This document shows, piece by piece, positions 27,201 through 33,165 of a stretch of DNA of 33,165 bases. This stretch comes from an uncultured Verrucomicrobiales bacterium. GTDB taxonomy: Bacteria > Verrucomicrobiota > Verrucomicrobiia > Verrucomicrobiales > DEV007. The notes under the pieces are model-generated. The model saw nothing but the letters and a program-made list of their open reading frames with translations, did no database searches and had not been told where the DNA came from. The translations under genes were made by a program, and so were the position numbers. Position 1 is the stretch's first letter. Each line of letters opens with the position of its first letter. The stretch is taken from assembly GCA_938091905.1 (NCBI GenBank), contig CALKOM010000102.1, positions 1-33,165 of the forward strand, given 5' to 3'.

Positions 27201-28599
27201 CTTGCGTCCCAAGATCGCCTAGGGAGGTAGGATTCAGCAAGAGTGACACTGTGTAATCTGTTAGTGTTGGGAGCGTTCCAATCGCAACGCTGCCTCCAGC
27301 CGAGAATGTGGCAGCCGTTCCGGTGCCTTCTTTCAAGGCGTCAGTGCCAAGGGTGACCGAACCGTCATTCAAACGATAAGTGCCAGAGCGCCCCAAGCCG
27401 GTGGCATCTGCGACCCCATCGTCCGTAGATGTTTCGTCCAGGCGATAATGAGCAATGGGTCCAACGGGATTCAGCACCGTAGCACCAGCAGTAAATGTGA
27501 AGTCTTGGTCGTCGGCGTCTTCATCGTTGGTCTTGGCATTCAGGCTGACTGCGAAAGCCCCAAACTGGCCTCTGTTGTCAAAGCTTAGCACAATGTCATC
27601 AGAAGCACCTGGCTCAATTGTCGATGGAAAGGAAACCAGCGTGAAGTTGTCCGTGTCGCCGCCAGTGATTTCGAGGGAGCTGATCTCCAGAGTGATGGGA
27701 CCACGCTCATCGTCTGGCTTTACGGTATTCTTTATACTGAAACGAATCTCTTGGGCTGCGGTCAATGCAGGGAGTGTTCCTGCACTCAGCTTCTGGTCGG
27801 CATTGAGATTGATGCCAGGATTGGAATTGTCGAGAAGTGTTAGTATTGAGTTTCCGGGATCCGCCAGTGCGATCACTTGTTCTTCACTCAGAGCCCCTGC
27901 AAAGACGGCAAAGTCATCTAGACGGCCACCGTGAGAGTTGGAGCCGTCTTGAGCACTACCGATGAAGAGATCTTCAAAGGCCTCGTTGAGCTCGCCCGTA
28001 TTCTCATTCTCGATGAGCAGCACGCCATCGGCGTAGATGCGCTTCATTGATTTGTCCTTGATGATCGAGAAGTGGACCCACTCCTCAAACGGAACATCAC
28101 TTGCGGGGACCTGAGTCCGCTGGGTACCAGCATCACAACAGCCGCCAGTCGAATCGAAGTAGATGTTGTTGTTACTCCAGGGAGTGTGGGCTTGAGTGGC
28201 CCGGTCCATTCCCTCAGCGCGCGCCCAGAAGGCGGACGAGTTGCGGACGGGAACGTCCCACTTCTGCCAATAAACGTATGAGATTTGATCGCGCGCGCCA
28301 GCCTTGTTAAGAAAGCCAGCCTTGTTGTCTTCGGTGCCAATGACGGCAACCGTTCCTCCTTCGGCGGTATCGAAATTCATGGAAAAGCCGCCATTTCGGC
28401 CTTCGGCGTATTCGGCCCCATCAATTTCGCCAACGATGCCGTTAATGGCATCGACGGCGACCTCCGGGGTGTCTGAATCTTCGAAGTCCCACCAGGCAAG
28501 GATCTCGATTTCACCGGGATCTTGCGCATGCGCAACCGACAGAGCCAGTCCTAAAGTGGCTACTCCTAACAGGGTTCTGAGTTTTAGTGCTCTTTTCAT
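24283..28599 (-). CDS. Large secreted multidomain protein: 3 LamG-like jellyrolls, Ig-like domain, PA14, DxDGDG Ca-binding repeats, CBM-like domain, Gly linker, C-terminal domain
   Basis: Signal peptide MKRALKLRTLLGV…AHA (ATG 28599). LamG motifs (WVHFSI…GRLDDFAVF; GTLDDVQVYD; WHHIAF…GLLDDFAIF); PA14-like FGMNSDDG…LTEGEHDIEMFFYERGGG; many DTDGDG(L)xD repeats; LLINGSFEEP. Confidence 0.9.
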   Translation of the reverse strand: MKRALKLRTLLGVATLGLALSVAHAQDPGEIEILAWWDFEDSDTPEVAVDAINGIVGEIDGAEYAEGRNGGFSMNFDTAEGGTVAVIGTEDNKAGFLNKAGARDQISYVYWQKWDVPVRNSSAFWARAEGMDRATQAHTPWSNNNIYFDSTGGCCDAGTQRTQVPASDVPFEEWVHFSIIKDKSMKRIYADGVLLIENENTGELNEAFEDLFIGSAQDGSNSHGGRLDDFAVFAGALSEEQVIALADPGNSILTLLDNSNPGINLNADQKLSAGTLPALTAAQEIRFSIKNTVKPDDERGPITLEISSLEITGGDTDNFTLVSFPSTIEPGASDDIVLSFDNRGQFGAFAVSLNAKTNDEDADDQDFTFTAGATVLNPVGPIAHYRLDETSTDDGVADATGLGRSGTYRLNDGSVTLGTDALKEGTGTAATFSAGGSVAIGTLPTLTDYTVSLLLNPTSLGDLGTQDFRTVFAKGEDTPVFGLLEGNGELVWFGEADGVADALFFTEGLGLQAGTTYHVAMSYDSASQTGTIFVDGAEVASSDVDTFEGTGEFYLGAFGEGALPFDGTLDDVQVYDLVLDEAQIAFLIANPGQPLVPVGEIDTDLDGLTDDAEANEHNTDPLVADTDGDGLNDGQEVNDTKTDPLLADTDGDGGNDGAESIFGADPLDAENTLGEFLVRTVKASAGTAFGSMEAFKDALEDQSQISEEVAGNFTYVNFRDNAQGNFANDEVPFALWDNFGGRDDFGIHVTGKIKITEAGVRTFGMNSDDGNQLLIDGTLVAEDPGTHGSQDVFGSVDLTEGEHDIEMFFYERGGGAQVELFVNTELGSVETFDAGNFVLLPGFGTPSADSDGDGMSDFWEIGFFGDLSHAAEEDADGDDLSNIDEEAARTNPTVADTDGDTVNDGQEVADASDPNSPDTDGDGLTDGDEKARGTSPTSTDTDGDEFPDGYEVAQGSDPLDPASPGALPDPPESLVAFWSFNEGTTSDVGGFEGELRGGAEISSSSDGVTGAALDLGSDQGGQSMLVPDTDFFNALATEDALTITYWQKLRTVVNQTTFKGRSPISSGGERGISVHTPWGDRNFYYDTAGCCDGTQRTNVGVDVDYLQWHHIAFTKNGPVKKIFVDGVEQIEGANDAPLPTDFTELWIGSGTDGSESMAGLLDDFAIFNEALDVGEITYMASGGRYKVGGGPNLLINGSFEEPALDNINTNNLGTVPTGWSQTGPDATWNLIRNDGSAYGSGVDNAADGSQIIDLNGVFEMFQEFTLSSDSDVTFGASFANREGHDGSTPSTVGIYDAAGENLLSPEVSVDTSGEPTPSEIWLSGQESVSLTAGTYQIRIALNNFNNVDAVFVTGGGGGGGGNPPTSDDVPVIGTVISGPNSTGLSFTGLAGKTYDIQYSEDLIDWSIVAMDLSGEVNYEDTDAARQGRAAGYYRAVQK

Positions 28600-28848
28600 G
28601 GTTTGGGTATTCGGGTATTTGATGTCCAGAGAACACCCAATTTGCTCAAGGCGGGCAAGCCCTTGTTTTGGGATTGGTGAAAGAAACAACTTAAGGGGCA
28701 TGGGCCGGGAGAAGTTCTGGTTTTGCCACATTCAAGCGATTTCCGCTACGGCATGGCCTGGAGGAAAGTCGAGGCTTGTCTTTCACCTCGACAATCTGCA
28801 AACTTGATGGGTTACCCAAATCCACTCCACCTCAACAACTCACTACTA

Positions 28849-29124
28849 ATGAAGGCACAGCAGGTTATCTTTCACGGAGAAGTCCAGGGCGAAGGCTTCC
28901 GATACGCAATTGCTCACGAGGCCATGAGCTACGATATTAAAGGCGAAGTGCATAATATGCCGGATGGCACGATCAAAGCTCAAATCGTGGGAAGCGATGA
29001 GGAGATCGAGTCCTTCCTCCAGGACTTGCGGGATGGCCGCTTTGGCGAAGATATTACAGAGATTACGATGGAGGAGGTGGAACTTGAGCCGCTGCAACGT
29101 ATGTCCGGCTTTCAATTTCACTGA
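28849..29124 (+). CDS. acyP: Acylphosphatase
   Basis: GEVQGEGFR and GEVHNMPDGTI, with catalytic Arg and Asn positions kept; 91 aa from ATG 28849. Confidence 0.85.
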   Translation: MKAQQVIFHGEVQGEGFRYAIAHEAMSYDIKGEVHNMPDGTIKAQIVGSDEEIESFLQDLRDGRFGEDITEITMEEVELEPLQRMSGFQFH

Positions 29125-29159
29125 GCGATCGCAGAACGCCATCCTTTAAAACGAGATCA

Positions 29160-29200
29160 CCCGTTCCTGGGGCGCGGACGACCCAAGAACGGGATTTTTC
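29160..29200 (+). terminator. Putative terminator hairpin between convergent genes
   Basis: CCCGTTCCTGGG-N10-CCCAAGAACGGG followed by ATTTTT. Confidence 0.55.
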
Positions 29201-29234
29201 TCCAGCACCCAACCTGGAAATTTGTGTCTCTTAC

Positions 29235-29573
29235 CTAAGCGGGGGACGGAGCGGGTCCCTCGTTGGTGTCCTTCTGGGCTTCACGAGCGGCTTCGCGGCC
29301 TGCTGCCGTGCCGTCTCGGACACCTTCTTCCGCCTGTTTGAAAATCGAGTCCTTGGCCACCGTACTTCCGTAAGCGAGGCTGTAGGCCAAACCATAGGTG
29401 GCGTCGTAGATTCCTTTCTCAATAGCCTCACGAAACTTATCAGCGGAGCCGCTGGCGTCGTTTTTTCCCGCTTCTCCGCCTTCTTTAAATGCATCGCTGA
29501 CTAATTCGGCCCACTGGCTCCATTCAGGCTTCCTGGATTTGGGTTCCGAGGGTTCTTGGCTTTCTTCGTTCAT
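29235..29573 (-). CDS. Hypothetical small helical protein
   Basis: 112-aa ORF with amphipathic segments (YDATYGLAYSLAYG); no family recognised. Confidence 0.65.
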   Translation of the reverse strand: MNEESQEPSEPKSRKPEWSQWAELVSDAFKEGGEAGKNDASGSADKFREAIEKGIYDATYGLAYSLAYGSTVAKDSIFKQAEEGVRDGTAAGREAAREAQKDTNEGPAPSPA

Positions 29574-29608
29574 GGGATGGTTTCGTTGTCGTTCGTGTTT
29601 CGTTCAGA

Positions 29609-29652
29609 CTTTCCAAACATGGAAAGATTCAATTAAAGTGCGATTATAATCG
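29609..29652. promoter_or_regulatory. Inverted repeat plus perfect 12-bp palindrome containing TATAAT in a divergent promoter region
   Basis: CTTTCCA-AACA-TGGAAAG (29609-29626) and CGATTATAATCG (29641-29652). Confidence 0.4.
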
Positions 29653-29716
29653 GGATGACGGATTATAGAAGGACCGTGCTTGCCACGAGGAACCCCATTG
29701 CCCACGGTCGGCCTGA

Positions 29717-31438
29717 ATGAGAAGCTTATTTCGGAAATGGTGTAGCCTGCCGCTGGCGGGGCGGATCTTGGGAGCCATGGTGCTAGGAATTCTCCTCGGC
29801 TTGATCTTACACAAGCTGGACAAGCCACTGGCGGAGACGGACCAACGTTTTCTTCGAAATGCTCTCGTCAAGGTGGACGGCATCGATGACAACCTGCTGG
29901 ATCAGATTGGCGCTGAGGACAAACAGATCTCACCAGAGGAATGGGCGACGTGGTTGTTGGAGACCCGTGCGGCGCAGGCCGATAGCGATGGAAGTGGCGT
30001 GTTGGATCGGACTGAGCTGAAGGTTTGGGACAATTCGGCCAAACTTTCGAACGAGGACCTCGACAAAGCGGCGTTTATCGAAAACCAGATTCGTGAGGGG
30101 CTTGCGGCGACAGCCGGAACAGATCCTGATAGAAAGTTAACTCGTCGTGGCCTGAAGGCGTGGTTGGAATCGATTCCAGCGGAGAGCAACGAAGTAATTG
30201 GAGCGGTGCGTTCAGCTCTTGATGATGTGAAGGGTGGCCAAGGGAAGCCCTGGGCGAGTTTACTGGCGATCTTTGGTGATCTCTTTATCGGTCTTATCAA
30301 ATCAATCGTAGTGCCACTGGTGTTTGTGGCGGTCTTCGTAGGAATTGCGGGCAATGACGACGTCGCGACGGTGAAGAAGGTGGGTGCGGGTATTCTGGTC
30401 TACTTTCTCTGCACGACGTTAGTTGCGGTGTCGCTTGGGAGCGGGTTGGCTGTTCTCATGGAGCCTGGTGAGGGCATGCCAGACGGATTTAAGGAGCGAG
30501 GTATGGCAGATGCTCCAGAAGTGGTTGTGACGAAGATTGACCGGACATTCCGGGAAGAGGTGAAATCTCGAATTCCAGGGAATCTCTTCGGATCATTGTC
30601 AGCAGCTACAATGTTAGATATCGTGCTGTTTGCCGCGCTCTTTGGCGCGATTGTGTTGGTATTACGAGAGGCGCAAGCGACTGAGATCCGAGGTCGAGCG
30701 AATCAACTCGTGGGCTGGGCGAACTTTGCCTTGGAGATGTGCATGACGGTGGTGCGCTGGGCCATGTTGTTAGCGCCGATCGGTGTGTTCGGACTGATGA
30801 CGGATATCACCGCTCAGGTTGGTCTCGATGTCTTGTTGAGCTTGTTTAAGTATGTGGCTGCCGTTCTTCTGGGATTAATGGGGTTATTAGTTTTTTATTC
30901 CTGCATTGTCGTGTTTGTTGGCAAACGATCTCCTGTCACTTTCTTCAAGAAGATTTGGGAGCTTCAATTATTGGCATTCTCGACCTCATCTTCAGCTGCT
31001 GTCATGCCGCGCAGTCTTGACACGGCAGAGAACAAGCTTGGGATCCATCGTGCTATCTCGCGGTTCACGATACCTCTGGGTGCTACCATCAATATGGACG
31101 GTACAGCGCTCTACCAATCGGTGGGAGCGATCTTCCTGATGCAGGTCTTCGGAGTGCCAGTCACCTTCGTTGCGGTGTCGATCATCCTCGCGACGGCCCT
31201 CGTTGCTTCCATTGGAACGCCGGGCACGCCTGGAGTGGGAATTGTCGTTCTTGCGGGTATCCTGGAATCCAATGGAGTGCCGGCGAGCGGCATTGCGCTC
31301 ATTGCTGGTGTGGACCGGCTTCTCGACATGTGTCGGACGGTAATCAACGTTACCGGCGACCAGACGGCTTGTATTGTCATGGAACGCCTGGTGGGGGGGC
31401 GATTGGATGAGCTAGAAGACGGTGCCGATCCTGCCTGA
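29717..31438 (+). CDS. Dicarboxylate/amino acid:cation symporter (DAACS, GltP/GltT-like) with EF-hand insertion
   Basis: AFSTSSSAAVMP, PLGATINMDGTALY, IAGVDRLLDMCRTVINVTGD. A hydrophilic insert after TM1 contains DSDGSGVLDRTE. Confidence 0.93.
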   Translation: MRSLFRKWCSLPLAGRILGAMVLGILLGLILHKLDKPLAETDQRFLRNALVKVDGIDDNLLDQIGAEDKQISPEEWATWLLETRAAQADSDGSGVLDRTELKVWDNSAKLSNEDLDKAAFIENQIREGLAATAGTDPDRKLTRRGLKAWLESIPAESNEVIGAVRSALDDVKGGQGKPWASLLAIFGDLFIGLIKSIVVPLVFVAVFVGIAGNDDVATVKKVGAGILVYFLCTTLVAVSLGSGLAVLMEPGEGMPDGFKERGMADAPEVVVTKIDRTFREEVKSRIPGNLFGSLSAATMLDIVLFAALFGAIVLVLREAQATEIRGRANQLVGWANFALEMCMTVVRWAMLLAPIGVFGLMTDITAQVGLDVLLSLFKYVAAVLLGLMGLLVFYSCIVVFVGKRSPVTFFKKIWELQLLAFSTSSSAAVMPRSLDTAENKLGIHRAISRFTIPLGATINMDGTALYQSVGAIFLMQVFGVPVTFVAVSIILATALVASIGTPGTPGVGIVVLAGILESNGVPASGIALIAGVDRLLDMCRTVINVTGDQTACIVMERLVGGRLDELEDGADPA

Positions 31439-31527
31439 TTCAATGGCCATTATGCCTACTCTGGCCAACGCTGAAATTCCTAAAATGTTTCCCCGGGAAA
31501 TACCTGTAAAAACGCTAAATTCCCGTC

Positions 31528-31555
31528 TTGCCAGACTACGAAACAATGCTACCGA
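31528..31555 (+). promoter_or_regulatory. Possible promoter of the rpsM-rpsK-rpsD operon
   Basis: TTGCCA-N16-TACCGA with a TG extension; the -10 element is weak. Confidence 0.3.
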
Positions 31556-31654
31556 AACATCCCGCGGGGGCTAGTGCTGGCGGGAGAGCCGATCTTTGTG
31601 TTCTTTCGTTAAATCTGCTACTCGCGTAATACCTGATCTATCAACTACTTATCC

Positions 31655-32053
31655 ATGGCTAGACTACTTGGCGTCGACATCCCAAATCAGAAGCGTATTG
31701 AAGCGTCGCTTCCCTATATTTATGGCATTGGCCCAGTGACGAGTAGTCGAATTTTGGAGTGTGCAGGGATCGATCCAGATACCCGGACCGGTGAGCTTTC
31801 TGATGAGCAACTGACAAAACTGACTCACGTCATCGGTGCCGAAGGCATTGTGATCGAAGGTGATCTTCGCCGGGTGCTTCAAGCTAATCTCAAGCGCCTC
31901 CAGCAGGTCAACTGCTACCGGGGCATCCGTCACCGAAAGGGTCTCCCGACGCGAGGCCAACGTTCCAAAACTAATGGCCGCACTCGCCGCGGCAGTGGCA
32001 AGCGGACCGTCGGTGTGGCGCGCAATCCGAATGCGAAGAAGGGCAAAGTCTAG
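31655..32053 (+). CDS. rpsM: 30S ribosomal protein S13
   Basis: [43 protein letters not shown]. Confidence 0.98.
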   Translation: MARLLGVDIPNQKRIEASLPYIYGIGPVTSSRILECAGIDPDTRTGELSDEQLTKLTHVIGAEGIVIEGDLRRVLQANLKRLQQVNCYRGIRHRKGLPTRGQRSKTNGRTRRGSGKRTVGVARNPNAKKGKV

Positions 32054-32081
32054 TTCCTCGCTGAGTTCTTTTTTTGACATC

Positions 32082-33005
32082 ATGGCAGACGAAAACGATA
32101 CACCTCAACCAGAAGCGGAAGAAGCTGCGAAGCCCGCTGAAGAGATGACCACTCCAGCCGCAGAGGCTGAGGTGACCGAAGCTCCAGCTGCTGAAGCTGC
32201 ACCCACCACTGAGGGTGATAAGCCAGCAGCTGAGGGTGATAAGCCAGCAGCTGAGGGTGATAAGCCAGCAGCTGAGGGTGATAAGCCAGCAGCTGAGGGT
32301 GATAAGCCAGCAGCTGAGGGTGGTAAGCCAGCAGCTGAGGGTGACAAGCCAGCAGCTGAGGGTGACAAGCCAGCAGCTGAGGGTGACAAGCCAGCGGCTG
32401 AGGGTGACAAGCCAGCGGCTGAGGGTGACAAGTCAGCGGCTGAGGGTGACAAGTCAGCGGCTGAGGGTGATAAGCCAGCGGCTGAGGGTGACAAGCCAGC
32501 GGCTGAGGGTGACAAGCCAGCGGCTGAGGGTGATAAGCCAGCAGTTGCGGCTGAGGGTGCTCCGAAAGGGCCTGAGAAGAAGAAAGACATTTTCGCAGAG
32601 ATCGATCCAGAGGGCGAGGAGCAGGGGAAAATCGTCAAGAAAGCCAAGGGCAGCAAGAACATCACCCAGGGCATCGTTCACGTATCGGCTACATTTAATA
32701 ACACGATCGTCTCCGTGACAGATCGTCAGGGCAACGTTCTCGGTTGGTCGAGTTCGGGTAAGATGGGTTTCCGGGGTTCTCGTAAAAGCACCGCCTATGC
32801 TTCGCAGCTCGTTTCCCAAGACGCCTGCCGCCAAGCAATGTCACACGGCTTGAAAGAGGCTGAGGTTCGCGTCAAGGGTCCTGGTTCAGGTCGCGAGTCT
32901 GCTGTCCGGGCTGTTCAGAATCTCGGAATTGATGTCACGGTCATCAAGGACGTGACGCCTGTCCCTCACAATGGTTGTCGTCCGCCCAAGGCGCGTCGCG
33001 TGTAA
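32082..33005 (+). CDS. rpsK: 30S ribosomal protein S11 with very long acidic, repeat-containing N-terminal extension (307 aa)
   Basis: Core motifs [52 protein letters not shown]. Single open frame from ATG 32082. Confidence 0.96.
   Translation: MADENDTPQPEAEEAAKPAEEMTTPAAEAEVTEAPAAEAAPTTEGDKPAAEGDKPAAEGDKPAAEGDKPAAEGDKPAAEGGKPAAEGDKPAAEGDKPAAEGDKPAAEGDKPAAEGDKSAAEGDKSAAEGDKPAAEGDKPAAEGDKPAAEGDKPAVAAEGAPKGPEKKKDIFAEIDPEGEEQGKIVKKAKGSKNITQGIVHVSATFNNTIVSVTDRQGNVLGWSSSGKMGFRGSRKSTAYASQLVSQDACRQAMSHGLKEAEVRVKGPGSGRESAVRAVQNLGIDVTVIKDVTPVPHNGCRPPKARRV
32211..32546 (+). repeat. 16 x 21-bp coding tandem repeat (EGDKPAA) inside rpsK
   Basis: Unit GAGGGTGAYAAGCCAGCRGCT, 16 contiguous copies; variants EGGK (unit 6), DKS (units 11-12), PAV (unit 16). 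Confidence 0.98.
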
Positions 33006-33028
33006 CTGACAACTTTATTTAGATACTC

Positions 33029-33165
33029 ATGGCACGTTACATCGGACCCAAGCAGAAGATCAGTCGTCGTTTCGGCGTTCCTATCTTCGGAACTTCACGC
33101 TCTTTAGAGAAGCGCAATTACCCTCCAGGTCAGCACGGTCTCCGCGCTGGTCGTCGTAAGAAATC
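33029..33165 (+). CDS. rpsD: 30S ribosomal protein S4, N-terminal part (truncated by window edge)
   Basis: [21 protein letters not shown]…NYPPGQHG; directly follows rpsK. Confidence 0.95.
   Translation, partial: MARYIGPKQKISRRFGVPIFGTSRSLEKRNYPPGQHGLRAGRRKK

Noticed and set aside
1898..31443. Numerous antisense and shadow ORFs of 60-250 aa in the ORF track
   Set aside because: They lie opposite or within well-supported genes and show no recognisable motifs, as expected at this GC content.
31860..32081. ORF-track N-terminal extension of rpsK overlapping rpsM
   Set aside because: It overlaps rpsM out of frame; ATG 32082 after the rpsM stop is the plausible start.
32211..32546. Regular repeat array as a possible CRISPR
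   Set aside because: Units are contiguous 21-mers with no unique spacers, are in frame within rpsK, and no cas genes are present.
32105..32834. Alternative-frame and antisense ORFs over the rpsK repeat (32215-32718, 32105-32674, 32454-32834)
   Set aside because: They are by-products of a stop-free 21-bp repeat and show no independent coding signal.

Overview
Bacterial chromosomal window of mid-50s % GC by eye. The protein families point to Verrucomicrobiota, probably Verrucomicrobiales (inference). It contains intact housekeeping genes (purH-pdxJ-acpS, phoB-phoR, htpG, yaaA, rlmN, tatA x2, hrpB, acylphosphatase, rpsM-rpsK-rpsD'), carbohydrate/sulfate enzymes (Zn-dependent sugar dehydrogenase, GH75, inositol-dehydrogenase-like, arylsulfatase), a 1438-aa LamG/PA14 surface protein and the right end of an IS630 element. 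Highlights: (i) ribosomal protein S11 with a ~190-aa acidic N-terminal extension containing 16 tandem 21-bp EGDKPAA repeats; (ii) a DAACS transporter with a ~145-aa EF-hand-containing insertion between TM1 and TM2; (iii) a multiply broken type IV prepilin-like gene fused to FN3-associated/CHB_HEX_C-like repeats, whose prepilin segment the ORF track misses; (iv) four pseudogenes, all apparently exported or envelope proteins, among intact core genes; (v) a shared C-terminal motif on two secreted proteins that may be a sorting signal. No CRISPR array, tRNA or rRNA was recognised. All family calls come from motif recognition by eye; no database searches were run.
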